DNA of 56,157 nucleotides from an uncultured virus (IMG/VR IMGVR_UViG_3300021962_006479) (IMGVR_UViG_3300021962_006479); one strand, 5' to 3'. Counted from the stretch's first letter, positions 8,927-18,129 are shown. Numbers and translations: made by a program. Notes: a model not told the origin generated them from the sequence alone.

Positions 8927-9207
8927 CCAATATATTATCTGGTACAGTTAATTGGATCAAAGAGGATTGGAAAAGTAATCCAATTAGATTTGTAATAGAA
9001 ACCTTAGCTTGGTCCATGAGCATAGGTGCAGCAATTTGGTTTGCAAGTTCTGTACCTGCTGTTCCTTTTATATGGTATCTTACACTAACTATTGCTAGTT
9101 GTGGTATGTATGCTTGGGCGGCTTGGTCACGTAACAGTTTTGGTATGTTGGCAAATTATTTGTTACTTACAACCATAGACAGTGTTGCCCTATTCAGACT
9201 ACTATAG
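8923..9207 (+). CDS. Small membrane protein
   Basis: Three hydrophobic segments. Confidence 0.6.
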   Translation: MTNILSGTVNWIKEDWKSNPIRFVIETLAWSMSIGAAIWFASSVPAVPFIWYLTLTIASCGMYAWAAWSRNSFGMLANYLLLTTIDSVALFRLL

Positions 9208-9235
9208 GATTAATACATAGTAGAATAAATACTAT

Positions 9236-10333
9236 ATGCGTATTAATGAAGTGCTTGACAAACAAGATTTAAAATTATTAAAAGCCGAGTGGAAAATGCT
9301 TCAACAAAGCGATCCACAAGGTAACAAATATATGGATGCCAGGGGACCTGCAAAGTATAACCCTAGTCGTTTAGCATCTGTTTCTGGAATGAACAATCCA
9401 CAAAACTATCCAACTACTACAAACAGTAAGCCTGAAGTTAAAGCAATGGTTGCCGATAAAGCTAATAGTAGTTTAAAATTGTTATTCTATATTATGGCCT
9501 GGGGCGGTATGGTCAATCGTGCTAACAACCCCAAACTACTGTACAAGAAATTAAAGAACGACAAAGAAGCAAGACGACAAGTCAACAATGCATTAAACGA
9601 AATACGTTTTGGTGATCTAACAAATGCACAAGCATTTGACCTGATTCAAAGATTGCGTAAACTACAATTACTTCCTGGGTTAGGTGTAAGTTTCTTTACA
9701 AAGGTATTATACTTTTTACGTCCGGGTAAGGGAGCTTTTATACTAGACCAATTTACTGCTAAAGGTATGAACTACTTACATAGCAAAGATTCAGCCAACT
9801 ATCCACAAATTGATATGGATAATGATTTCCCTGCAAATACATTAACAGGTGCAGACTATGATGCATATAATAAAGGCATCAAGCAACTACAAAGTGATGT
9901 ACAAAAGGGGATAGGCAATCTAAGTGATGAGGATGCAGAGTTCTTATTGTTCAATCCATATGGTGGGCAGTTTAGACCTGTAACAGATAAGTACCATGCT
10001 AGCCGCACTGACTTGAAGAAGAAGGATCCTAATCGCTTTAAGTATATTCAACGTGCAAACAAAGTAAAACAGGATAAGGAACAACAGGCTCAACAACAGC
10101 AACAACAAAGTCAAATGTCACAAAGTAGTGGTCATGCACAAGAATTGTGGAACAAACATATGACAGCAAATAGTGCAGTAGCCGCAAAATATCGTAGCTT
10201 AAGTCCAGAAACAAAACAAGACTTCCAAACAGAATTCATTGATGATGTAGCAGAGGCTCTACGTAATGGTACTGATGCAAATTCAGCAATACAAAAACTA
10301 CTACAGAACTACCAAGGTATTTCCGAAAGTTGA
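9236..10333 (+). CDS. HhH DNA glycosylase-like (OGG-fold) protein
   Basis: IMAWGG, LPGLGVSFFTKVLYF (HhH hairpin with K), ILDQF; late motif ATAAATA at 9225-9231. Confidence 0.6.
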   Translation: MRINEVLDKQDLKLLKAEWKMLQQSDPQGNKYMDARGPAKYNPSRLASVSGMNNPQNYPTTTNSKPEVKAMVADKANSSLKLLFYIMAWGGMVNRANNPKLLYKKLKNDKEARRQVNNALNEIRFGDLTNAQAFDLIQRLRKLQLLPGLGVSFFTKVLYFLRPGKGAFILDQFTAKGMNYLHSKDSANYPQIDMDNDFPANTLTGADYDAYNKGIKQLQSDVQKGIGNLSDEDAEFLLFNPYGGQFRPVTDKYHASRTDLKKKDPNRFKYIQRANKVKQDKEQQAQQQQQQSQMSQSSGHAQELWNKHMTANSAVAAKYRSLSPETKQDFQTEFIDDVAEALRNGTDANSAIQKLLQNYQGISES

Positions 10334-10358
10334 CATAAATATGTTTCTATGCTATAAT
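10330..10358 (+). promoter_or_regulatory. sigma70-type early promoter (probably leaderless transcript)
   Basis: TTGACA-17-TATAAT; ATG 7 nt downstream. Confidence 0.8.
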
Positions 10359-10365
10359 ACGCATT

Positions 10366-10524
10366 ATGAAACGAAGAACTATATCATTCACTATTGAACA
10401 GCCCAAACATCGGGCCCACAAAGTGTTGTTTTGTAGCAACACTCCGTTCAAACCTAAGGTTGTACAATCCAAAGTACAATACCGTCGTAAAGACAAACAT
10501 CCAAACCGAGAGGTACTTGTATGA
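10366..10524 (+). CDS. Small basic protein, ArfA-like candidate (not in ORF track)
   Basis: MKRRTISFTIEQPKHRAHKVLFCSNTPFKPKVVQSKVQYRRKDKHPNREVLV, 52 aa; fills the gap between promoter and next gene with an ATGA overlap. Confidence 0.5.
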   Translation: MKRRTISFTIEQPKHRAHKVLFCSNTPFKPKVVQSKVQYRRKDKHPNREVLV

Positions 10525-10730
10525 AAGACGTTACCAAAAAAGAACTACACAAACAACTGGTAGATGAATTTATATCTAGGCAGTTTAAGTCTTGTTTGGA
10601 TCGCCGTCCAGGCAATAGAATAGATGCGGCATTGTATGTTACCGGAAGGATTGAAGCATTGCTCCTAGATGCACTACAAGAATTACCCGGATCTTATTAC
10701 AATGAACTAATTCATAAACTAAAAGGTTGA
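10521..10730 (+). CDS. Hypothetical protein
   Basis: GAGG RBS. Confidence 0.6.
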   Translation: MKDVTKKELHKQLVDEFISRQFKSCLDRRPGNRIDAALYVTGRIEALLLDALQELPGSYYNELIHKLKG

Positions 10731-10755
10731 CATTAAATCCTTTTGGTGCTATAAT
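10727..10755 (+). promoter_or_regulatory. sigma70-type early promoter
   Basis: TTGACA-17-TATAAT. Confidence 0.8.
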
Positions 10756-10787
10756 ATTTGCATTGAAATTTAGAAAGGAAATTCAAC

Positions 10788-11027
10788 ATGTCAGATAAAA
10801 CACAAGCAGTCGCACAAACTGCAAAAGAAATTGCACTCGCCGCAATAGCAGGGTGTGCTACAGTTTATTTGCTTACCCTCATTCCCGCAACAGCGATTCC
10901 ATATATCGGAATCTCATTTTGTATTGCAATACTAGTCTATGTGATGTACAATATCAATCTTGGCCGTATCCAGTATCGCAAGCATCTGGAAGACATGGAA
11001 AATGCAATGAAAAACATCAAACAATAA
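10788..11027 (+). CDS. Two-TM membrane protein
   Basis: AAAGGA RBS; two hydrophobic helices. Confidence 0.6.
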   Translation: MSDKTQAVAQTAKEIALAAIAGCATVYLLTLIPATAIPYIGISFCIAILVYVMYNINLGRIQYRKHLEDMENAMKNIKQ

Positions 11028-11031
11028 AAGG

Positions 11032-11089
11032 TTGACAATAAATCGGTTTGGGTATATAATAGAGTCTTATTCAGTCAAAAGGAGTTCAA
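11032..11089 (+). repeat. Promoter-RBS cassette repeat
   Basis: TTGACAATAAAT-N11-TATAATAGAGTCTTATTCAGTCAAAAGGAGTT; inverted near-copy at 43102-43156. Confidence 0.85.
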
Positions 11090-11365
11090 ATGAACATCAA
11101 GCAAATTAATACTGCTATCATGCAGGGTGACTTCACTAACGAAGAATTGAATAGCATCGGTGATGCAATGCGTTTTGCCCGTGCCCAATTAGTGGTGCGT
11201 AACAAATCGGCATTGACAGTTGGATCTAATGTTAAATTCTCTAGTTCAAAGCGCGGTGCAATCTCCGGTGTTGTAAAGAAAATCAATCGTAAATTTATTA
11301 TTGTAGATGAGCCGGCTAACTTCCGTAGTTGGAAAGTGCCCGCTAACATGTTGGAGGTTTTGTAA
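11090..11365 (+). CDS. Hypothetical protein with SH3-like C-terminus
   Basis: LTVGSNVKF...GVVKKINRKFIIV...WKVPANML. Confidence 0.6.
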   Translation: MNIKQINTAIMQGDFTNEELNSIGDAMRFARAQLVVRNKSALTVGSNVKFSSSKRGAISGVVKKINRKFIIVDEPANFRSWKVPANMLEVL

Positions 11366-11532
11366 TGAGTAAAATGGCAGACTTGGATATTGAAATCCGC
11401 AACCTATTGTTAGTGGGTACTAACCCTGTAACAATTGCTAGGATGCTAGAAATCCCGGTTTCTTGGGTGTATCAGGCTGCGGTTTATGACCTAGAAGAAG
11501 ATTATACCCCGTACAATACCGTCAATAGTTGA
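11365..11532 (+). CDS. Small HTH-like protein (not in ORF track)
   Basis: MSKMADLDIEIRNLLLVGTNPVTIARMLEIPVSWVY..., 55 aa; GGAGG RBS. Confidence 0.55.
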   Translation: MSKMADLDIEIRNLLLVGTNPVTIARMLEIPVSWVYQAAVYDLEEDYTPYNTVNS

Positions 11533-11661
11533 CCCTAATTTTAGTACTTTCGTAGTACTTTTTTGCATACAAAAGTACTCATTTTCACCGTCCCGGTGCT
11601 TCAAAATCGCTAGGATTCTCAGGAATCTATACTGATACAGTTCTAGCGAATTTAGTGAAAT

Positions 11662-11690
11662 TTGACAATAAATGGATCCTGTGCTACAAT
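11662..11690 (+). promoter_or_regulatory. sigma70-type early promoter
   Basis: TTGACAATAAAT...TACAAT, 17-nt spacer. Confidence 0.75.
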
Positions 11691-11723
11691 ACTTGTATTG
11701 AAACTGATAAAGAGGACTAAGAA

Positions 11724-11855
11724 ATGTACAAAGCAAATGGTTATTTGTTCCGCAATGTAGAAGCTCTAGGTGAGTACTTGCGTATTCATTCCGGCAAAGA
11801 CATTGTTGTCACCTATGTAACCGAGTATTTTCTTGGTGATCCGATGGAACAATAA
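11724..11855 (+). CDS. Small hypothetical protein (43 aa, not in ORF track)
   Basis: MYKANGYLFRNVEALGEYLRIHSGKDIVVTYVTEYFLGDPMEQ; GAGGA RBS and its own promoter. Confidence 0.6.
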   Translation: MYKANGYLFRNVEALGEYLRIHSGKDIVVTYVTEYFLGDPMEQ

Positions 11856-11856
11856 T

Positions 11857-11918
11857 TTGACAATAAATGGGCATTGTGCTACAATAGAATCTTAAACAGT
11901 TAAACAAAGGAATACGAA
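11857..11918 (+). repeat. Promoter-RBS cassette repeat
   Basis: TTGACAATAAATGGGCATTGTGCTACAATAGAATCTTAAACAGT...AAAGGA; inverted near-copy at 42424-42484. Confidence 0.85.
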
Positions 11919-12335
11919 ATGGCTTACATGAATCAAGAACGCAAAGCAAAGATTGCACAAGCACTCAAGCCAATCTTGGCTAAGTATAAAGTTAAAGGAT
12001 CCTTGAGTGTCCGTAGTCACATGACTATTGTTTTAACCCTCAAATCCGGTGCTATTGACTTTATCGGTAACAGCAATCGTGTTTGTGGCAATGACCACTA
12101 TCAAGTAGCTCGTGGATTCAAGCCCAATACTAATGGCTATGATCAAGTTAACCCTTACTGGTTCCAAGATCACTATGATGGCAAGGCTAAGGCATTCTTG
12201 ACCGAAGCATTCAAGGCATTAAAAGCTGCCGATTGGTATGACGAATCGGATGCAATGACCGATTATTTCAACACTGCCTACTATGTTGATGTTAACATCG
12301 GCAAATGGGATAAACCTTATATCTTGGAGAAATAA
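11919..12335 (+). CDS. Phage hypothetical protein
   Basis: MAYMNQE... SDAMTDYFNTAYYVDVNIGKW; own promoter cassette. Confidence 0.7.
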   Translation: MAYMNQERKAKIAQALKPILAKYKVKGSLSVRSHMTIVLTLKSGAIDFIGNSNRVCGNDHYQVARGFKPNTNGYDQVNPYWFQDHYDGKAKAFLTEAFKALKAADWYDESDAMTDYFNTAYYVDVNIGKWDKPYILEK

Positions 12336-12336
12336 A

Positions 12337-12483
12337 ATGAAAATGTTTCGTGTGCGCCTTTTCTTATCAGAGAGTCGTTGGAATGATATTGAACTTCCCG
12401 GCTATACCTGCTGGGATGCGGAAAACCTAGGTCGTGGTATGAGCCCGATCGGACGTGCTCAATTATTGGGTGAGTCATACTAA
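12337..12483 (+). CDS. Small hypothetical protein
   Basis: GGAG RBS before ATG 12337. Confidence 0.45.
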   Translation: MKMFRVRLFLSESRWNDIELPGYTCWDAENLGRGMSPIGRAQLLGESY

Positions 12484-12501
12484 TTTTGGTAACACACATG
12501 G

Positions 12502-12530
12502 TTGACAATAAACTCCATTTGTGTTATCAT
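12502..12530 (+). promoter_or_regulatory. sigma70-type early promoter
   Basis: TTGACA-17-TATCAT. Confidence 0.65.
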
Positions 12531-12594
12531 TATAACAGTACTGAGCAATATCAGTACATTTTTAAACTTAGCTTAAACTTCAAAGGAAACTCAA

Positions 12595-12978
12595 ATGGCT
12601 AATCAAACTTTCAAAGTCGCCGGTATTACTATTCACAACGGTAACGCTAAAGTGCGTTTTACTGATGACATGGTACGCCGTATCAAACAATTCTCTAAAG
12701 GTGGCGCAAGTCGTATTGACTTGGTAGAGTTGCCTACAGAAATGACTAAACTTGAAGCACTCAAGTATTTGGAAACTCACGCAGATTTCCAGTCAGCATC
12801 CGATCAATCATTGATTGGTGATGCAATTGAGGACCGCACTAAAGAGTCCAATAAGGGAGAAGTCAAAGTTAAGACTTCTAAAAGTGCTAAGCCAAGCTTG
12901 GAATCTATCAAAGCACGTGGCAAGAAAAAAGAAGTTACTGCCGAGCAAGTGCTCGAAGCAGTTAATAGCACTAACTAA
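12595..12978 (+). CDS. Hypothetical protein (basic C-terminal tail)
   Basis: AAAGGA RBS; followed by a hairpin. Confidence 0.7.
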   Translation: MANQTFKVAGITIHNGNAKVRFTDDMVRRIKQFSKGGASRIDLVELPTEMTKLEALKYLETHADFQSASDQSLIGDAIEDRTKESNKGEVKVKTSKSAKPSLESIKARGKKKEVTAEQVLEAVNSTN

Positions 12979-12981
12979 TTA

Positions 12982-12999
12982 ATAGGGCTACGGCCCTAT
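12982..12999 (+). terminator. Hairpin (terminator or processing site)
   Basis: ATAGGGC-TACG-GCCCTAT, UNCG tetraloop; weak U tract. Confidence 0.5.
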
Positions 13000-13006
13000 A
13001 CAATAT

Positions 13007-13195
13007 ATGCAACTATCAGATAAACTATCAAAATGTAATGACAGCTTGACTGTTAATTTTTACGACAATGGCTTCATGGTTGAAGTGTCCGGTAATGACT
13101 CAAATGATGACTGGAAAACAGCCAAGGTAATGTGCAATACATTAGATGATGTATTTGTAGTTATCTCAGAAGCCTCTAAAATGCCACGAACCTAA
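13007..13195 (+). CDS. Hypothetical protein
   Basis: YDNGFMVEVSG motif; ORF packing. Confidence 0.6.
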   Translation: MQLSDKLSKCNDSLTVNFYDNGFMVEVSGNDSNDDWKTAKVMCNTLDDVFVVISEASKMPRT

Positions 13196-13196
13196 T

Positions 13197-13418
13197 ATGT
13201 TACTTAATACTTTTCGAAGAACGTTTTCTCCACGTAGAGAATTCAATCCAGCTAGAAATGAGGATTTGATAGAATTGAAATATTTTAAGGATAAAGGTAA
13301 ATGGAAAAGTGGTTGCCCATTCTATCTTGAGGATCCGTTCATTGATGTTCCTGCAATGTGCGCTAGTAAGTTTACTGACTTCATGCTTGAACGTACAATA
13401 AAAACTCGAAAAAGTTAA
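13197..13418 (+). CDS. Hypothetical protein
   Basis: GCPFYLE motif; ORF packing. Confidence 0.6.
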   Translation: MLLNTFRRTFSPRREFNPARNEDLIELKYFKDKGKWKSGCPFYLEDPFIDVPAMCASKFTDFMLERTIKTRKS

Positions 13419-13425
13419 TTTAAAT

Positions 13426-13450
13426 AAAAAAGCCCCTAGGGGCTTTTTTT
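13426..13450. terminator. Bidirectional intrinsic terminator
   Basis: AAAAAAGCCCCTAGGGGCTTTTTTT palindrome between convergent genes. Confidence 0.85.
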
Positions 13451-14918
13451 ACCACGTAGCGATTGCCGCTCGTTTCCATGTATTTGCGGCAGTACAAATA
13501 TATATGTAATTAGAATCAAACGCTGTCTGTCCGGGCACTCCGTTTGCCGTAGCATTAGCAGGTACACCGATAATTTGTGGCGCAGCCAATGACCCATCGA
13601 TGTAAGTAATAGATGAATCTGATCCAGGTAACACAATGTTACCATCTGATGCAACAGATACTGTATTAGTATATGCAATCTCGGCACTGTATATATATAC
13701 TAAATTAGCTGATGATTCTGCTACATTAAATGTATATTCATAAAAGCCAGGAGTAGCATTACTGGTTAATTCTAATCTACTTGTAGTAGTTAAAGTGTTA
13801 CCTGCTACTGCTGGTGGTGTTAGTAGTTTAATTTTCATACCTACACCAACTTTTTGTAATGTAGATAATATACTAGCATTTGGTCCACGTACAGTTAAAT
13901 TGGCGCCTTCCCATGCAACCCAACTAACACCTGAACCTTCTCCGAACGGTAATGACTCAAATACAGCATCAGGTGGGTTACCATTAACTTTCAATGCACC
14001 ATCATCAACGCTTATTGTACTTTCACCTAATAGAATAGAATTATTGCTTAGGTATAGATCCTTCCAACGTTTTGTTGGGCTACCTAAATCATATGTAATA
14101 TTAGCTGAAGGTAATAAATCGCCGGTAGATTCTAAATTACCTACACGTAATATGTTATTACTTGAATCATATGTCAAATTAGCACTAGAACTAAATGTTC
14201 CTGTTAAGTTAAATTGAATTTCACTTGTGTTACCCGCGGCATTCACACTTCCGCCTGCCGCGGTAGAAGTAATAGTAATATTACCTGTGTTGCTAGTTAA
14301 AACAATACCCGATCCAGCTGTAAGTCGTGTGACACCAGTATTAGTAAGAGTAATAGTTCCATTACTAGTTATAGGACCACCACTTACGCTAATACCATCA
14401 CTACCGGAAACTGCTACACTTGTTACAGTACCGAATGAAGATGCATTTGCAATATTAGTAATTCTACCATATTGGTCAATTGTTACAGTTGGCGCAATAT
14501 AATTACCTGCTAATATATTAGTTTGAACCGGTAGATCAACACTAATGACACCGGAACTTACTATTGGAGTATTTGTTATTGATAGTGAATTTGAACTAAT
14601 ACCTACGCTCGTTACTCCACTTGTCCCGTTTCCACCTGTAGCTGATACAACGATATTACCATTTGCACCCGATAATGTGATGCCGGTACCTTGTATTAAA
14701 TTAAGAACACCTGTATTTGTAATAGTGACTGTACCAGTCGATGCGTTAGACGTTACTGATATACCTGCTTGACTAGTAAAAATGTCATATGGACTAGCCT
14801 GACTAAAAAGTGTGCTAAAGTTATTCTGTGTTTTATTAAACGCTACCCACAATGAATCGCTATTAGTGGGGCTATTTTGTGCGCCTATTTGTAATGTCTC
14901 TTGTCCTGAGATTGCCAT
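13449..14918 (-). CDS. Virion structural protein (baseplate/tail-fibre-like)
   Basis: N-terminal IG...DSL..AF.K..NNF..LF resembles T4 gp9/gp10-type N-termini; G/S/T-rich repeats; YDLGSPTKRWKDLY; late motif at 14939-14945. Confidence 0.65.
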   Translation of the reverse strand: MAISGQETLQIGAQNSPTNSDSLWVAFNKTQNNFSTLFSQASPYDIFTSQAGISVTSNASTGTVTITNTGVLNLIQGTGITLSGANGNIVVSATGGNGTSGVTSVGISSNSLSITNTPIVSSGVISVDLPVQTNILAGNYIAPTVTIDQYGRITNIANASSFGTVTSVAVSGSDGISVSGGPITSNGTITLTNTGVTRLTAGSGIVLTSNTGNITITSTAAGGSVNAAGNTSEIQFNLTGTFSSSANLTYDSSNNILRVGNLESTGDLLPSANITYDLGSPTKRWKDLYLSNNSILLGESTISVDDGALKVNGNPPDAVFESLPFGEGSGVSWVAWEGANLTVRGPNASILSTLQKVGVGMKIKLLTPPAVAGNTLTTTSRLELTSNATPGFYEYTFNVAESSANLVYIYSAEIAYTNTVSVASDGNIVLPGSDSSITYIDGSLAAPQIIGVPANATANGVPGQTAFDSNYIYICTAANTWKRAAIATW

Positions 14919-14956
14919 GATTAATCTTCCTTATCTTGTATTTATCGCAAAGTGTC

Positions 14957-15365
14957 CTACCTTATAAGGTGTTTAGCTTCTCCGGACTTTTTCCATGCCT
15001 TCCACATAGCCTGTCCGTCAGGAGTCTGTACAGTACTGGGACGGACATCATTTCCTAGCATTTTAGCATAAGCATACATTGTTCTAGCGATTCCGGATTG
15101 TTTATATGCATCATTAACCCACGTATCCACACTTTCTAACCACTGATTAGACCTAATATTTAATATTAGGAAAAAGCGCACCTGCAATAATCTTGTTATT
15201 ATCTTTGCATTCTATGCTTAGATATAACTCTTTGTTGCGTTTATTCCAACCTTCTTTTACTGTCTTTGCACTATATACTTTGCCATCTATCTCTTGCTCA
15301 TGGTAAAAATTAAGAGTAAGTATGTCTGGGTTTATTTTTTCTGTAATGAATTCTCTAGACTTCAT
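14957..15365 (-). pseudogene. GNAT-like gene split by a single-base frameshift (ORFs 15153-15365 and 14957-15187)
   Basis: Removing one T from CTTTTTC (15170-15176, minus) joins ...IIAGALF to LILNIRSNQWLES...TWVNDAYKQSGIARTMY (GNAT motif A-like). Confidence 0.55.
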
Positions 15366-15380
15366 ACACTATTACCTCAT

Positions 15381-15704
15381 CTAAACAGAAAAAGAGCTAC
15401 CGCATCCACATGTGGATTGTGCATTTGGATTAGTTATTTTAAATTCTGATCCTTGTAGGTCTTCTTTATAATCTATGCTTGCACCTTGTAAATATTGCAT
15501 ACTCATGGCATCGATTAGAACTTTGGAGTCACCTAACGGCATTTCAAAATCATCTTCATTCATTATCTCATCAAATGTAAAACCATAACTAAACCCTGAA
15601 CACCCGCCACCTTGTACGAATGTACGTAATTTTAAATCGGGATTACCTTCTTCAGCTAGAAGATCCAATATTTTTATTTTTGCTGATTCTGTTATTGTTA
15701 TCAT
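15381..15704 (-). CDS. erpA: A-type Fe-S carrier ErpA
   Basis: [34 protein letters not shown]. Confidence 0.88.
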   Translation of the reverse strand: MITITESAKIKILDLLAEEGNPDLKLRTFVQGGGCSGFSYGFTFDEIMNEDDFEMPLGDSKVLIDAMSMQYLQGASIDYKEDLQGSEFKITNPNAQSTCGCGSSFSV

Positions 15705-16027
15705 ACTCTAAAACTTTCCCCGCAACCACAGCGGTCTTTTTCATTAGGGTTTTTGAAATCAAATCCCTCATTAAGTCCATTACGAACCCAATCCATTGTG
15801 AGACCCCTAAGGTACACATCACTTTTCAAATCCACTAATATCACAAAATCTTTTTGTGAATAGTTAATTACTCCTACTTCTGCTTCATAATTATCAACAT
15901 ATTCCATTGTATATGCTAACCCACTGCAACCAGTAGTCCTTACACCTAGTCTAATCCCAACTCCTTTACCTCGTTTTTTAAGTTGATTTTTTACTTTATC
16001 ATATGCTTTTTCAGTAAGAGTTATCAT
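15701..16027 (-). CDS. iscA: A-type Fe-S carrier IscA
   Basis: [39 protein letters not shown]. Confidence 0.9.
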   Translation of the reverse strand: MITLTEKAYDKVKNQLKKRGKGVGIRLGVRTTGCSGLAYTMEYVDNYEAEVGVINYSQKDFVILVDLKSDVYLRGLTMDWVRNGLNEGFDFKNPNEKDRCGCGESFRV

Positions 16028-16407
16028 TTTATTTTTTTTCTATAGTCTTCTACAGCGGCTTTGATGGCATCTTCAGCTAATATGCTACAATGTATCTTTA
16101 CCGGAGGCAATGCTAGTTCTTCGGCGATTTCGGAGTTTTTGATTGATCCGGCTTCGTCAAGTGTTTTTCCTTTGACCCATTCTGTAATGAGGCTTGAACT
16201 CGCAATAGCCGATCCGCAGCCATACGTTTTAAATTTCGCATCTGTAATAATACCTGTAACATTGTCAACCTTTATTTGTAATTTCATAACATCGCCGCAT
16301 GCAGGCGCGCCAACCATACCAGTACCAATATCAGTATCAGTCTTGTCAAAAGATCCAACATTCCTGGGATTTTCATAGTGATCTATAACTTGTTGTGAGT
16401 ATGCCAT
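16024..16407 (-). CDS. iscU: Fe-S cluster scaffold IscU
   Basis: MAYS..VIDHYENPRNVG, GAPACGDVM, FKTYGCGSAIASSS, LPPVKIHCS. Confidence 0.97.
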   Translation of the reverse strand: MAYSQQVIDHYENPRNVGSFDKTDTDIGTGMVGAPACGDVMKLQIKVDNVTGIITDAKFKTYGCGSAIASSSLITEWVKGKTLDEAGSIKNSEIAEELALPPVKIHCSILAEDAIKAAVEDYRKKIK

Positions 16408-16422
16408 ATTGTTTCCTTATTC

Positions 16423-16992
16423 TCATAAATTTTTACCCCATCGGGTATTAATGACATTCCAATTCATTATTTTCCAAATGTTCTCTAAATATTTCTTTTT
16501 GTCAGCCTGGTAGTCAAGTGCCCAGGCATGTTCCCACCAGTCAACTAATATCAATATATCATCACGTACCTCATGATTTTGTATAGTTTTTATTTCTCCG
16601 GAAAAGGACATGTAAATCCATCCACTTCCTTGTATCTTCATAGCTTCTAGTTTGAATTGTTCTTTGAAGTCTTTCCACCAGCCATACTTACGTTTTATTA
16701 GATTAAGTACAGGACCGTTTGGTGTGCCACTATCTTGTGGCTTTCTGAATTGACTGAAATAGATGTTGTGTAAAAATGCACCAGCATAGTTAAAGTCTTT
16801 ATCACCCTCACCCTTGTTGTATCTCTCAGCATACTTATGTGCTAAATCACCGTAGTGATAGTCCATTGTCTTTTTGCTTAGTACAGGGTTGAGGTCGGTG
16901 CTGGAATAAGAGAGTGATACAATCTCTATTTTTCTTTTTTGGGATTCAGTGATCTTCTCTACAACGTCATACATAGTAGAGTATTTAGTCAA
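16423..16992 (-). CDS. sod: Fe/Mn superoxide dismutase family protein
   Basis: YHYG, FLHNIYF, QGSGW, DWWEHAW.LDY; four metal ligands present. Confidence 0.85.
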   Translation of the reverse strand: MTKYSTMYDVVEKITESQKRKIEIVSLSYSSTDLNPVLSKKTMDYHYGDLAHKYAERYNKGEGDKDFNYAGAFLHNIYFSQFRKPQDSGTPNGPVLNLIKRKYGWWKDFKEQFKLEAMKIQGSGWIYMSFSGEIKTIQNHEVRDDILILVDWWEHAWALDYQADKKKYLENIWKIMNWNVINTRWGKNL

Positions 16993-17204
16993 CGTCGGCG
17001 AGTGATGCGACCTTTTGTCAAATCATATGGGCTGAATTCTACCTCTACTGTATCACCTAGTAGAATTTTAATATCATGCTTACGCATTTTACCTGATATG
17101 TAACCAGTGACAGTGGGCCCACTGGTAAGAGTGACTCTAAAGACGGCATTGGGTAATACATCGATTACCCTACCATCCATCTTAATACCTTCTTCTTTTG
17201 CCAT
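16989..17204 (-). CDS. infA: Translation initiation factor IF-1
   Basis: MAKEEGI...LPNAVFRV...[29 protein letters not shown]. Confidence 0.95.
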   Translation of the reverse strand: MAKEEGIKMDGRVIDVLPNAVFRVTLTSGPTVTGYISGKMRKHDIKILLGDTVEVEFSPYDLTKGRITRRR

Positions 17205-17225
17205 GTGTTTTGCTTTAAGCTCCTT

Positions 17226-17621
17226 TTAATTCCTACGCATAGTGCTGATTGCCTTAGCTTCCTCATCGGAGAAAATAGGGACAGCGTTACTTTTGTGCAT
17301 TGTACCAATACCAAGAATCTTGGTACCGGTATATTGTGGGATATCTTTTGTACGTACAGCACCCGAATGACCAGTATCTAAACTAGCAATACGTTTGGTC
17401 TCACGACCTGCAGGTGCGGATAATGTATATGATAACGGTTCTGCCGCTAATGCCCGTTTGCGTTTCTTTTCTTCTGCATCAACACCCCACTTAGCCTGTA
17501 GTTCTTTCCACTCAGTATCAAGTTGGCGTGCTTTTTGTGCTTCTGCACTATTGCGGAATTTAATCTTGCCTTTGCGTTTACCGCCCATAGTTAGTGCGGG
17601 ATGTGCTAGATGCATTGTCAT
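17226..17621 (-). CDS. Phage hypothetical protein
   Basis: YTGTKILGIGTMHKSNAVPIF motif typical of T4-like phage proteins; own promoter. Confidence 0.65.
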   Translation of the reverse strand: MTMHLAHPALTMGGKRKGKIKFRNSAEAQKARQLDTEWKELQAKWGVDAEEKKRKRALAAEPLSYTLSAPAGRETKRIASLDTGHSGAVRTKDIPQYTGTKILGIGTMHKSNAVPIFSDEEAKAISTMRRN

Positions 17622-17653
17622 AATGTAAGGATCATAGTTAGTAAACAGTTTCT

Positions 17654-17682
17654 ATTATAGCGTAATATGGATTATTTGTCAA
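17654..17682 (-). promoter_or_regulatory. sigma70-type promoter driving the infA-sod-isc block
   Basis: TTGACA-17-TATAAT on the minus strand. Confidence 0.8.
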
Positions 17683-17685
17683 ATC

Positions 17686-18129
17686 TTATTTCTTTAGTAT
17701 TGACCAAATCTTCTCTTTTTCAATGATTTCGGCTTCAAGTTCTTTATAGCGTTTACCCAATTCTTTTAACTCATCCCATTTATCTTCTAGTTCAGGGTTT
17801 GGGTGAAGAATAGCTAATCGTTCTTCAATCTTTTGAAACATATCAGATAGGTTTTTTCCCTTAATAGTTACTTCACCTTCAAAATCAGCATTACCTTTAA
17901 CACTAAGTGTTGCACCGTTTAAGTTAGGATTAGCCAATGATATATTTCCCCAAGTATTGTCTGTGGTTAATACTTGTCCGGGGATAGCACTCGTCCCGTT
18001 TAATCCCCAATATAGACCACTAGAGACTGTATTATCAGTAATTGAAAATGTTGGGCTAGTGGAAGTGATGGTTGTAGTGTCAGTTACATTACCCATCATT
18101 GTGTTGAATAAGTCGTTTGGATTTATCAT
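17686..18129 (-). CDS. Hypothetical protein
   Basis: T/S-rich N-terminus, coiled-coil C-terminus. Confidence 0.6.
   Translation of the reverse strand: MINPNDLFNTMMGNVTDTTTITSTSPTFSITDNTVSSGLYWGLNGTSAIPGQVLTTDNTWGNISLANPNLNGATLSVKGNADFEGEVTIKGKNLSDMFQKIEERLAILHPNPELEDKWDELKELGKRYKELEAEIIEKEKIWSILKK

Noticed and set aside
13795..14772. Antisense and shadow ORFs in the track (also within 26317-33159, clpX, iscU and others)
   Set aside because: They lie opposite or inside well-supported genes, with no recognisable motifs; expected by-products of codon bias
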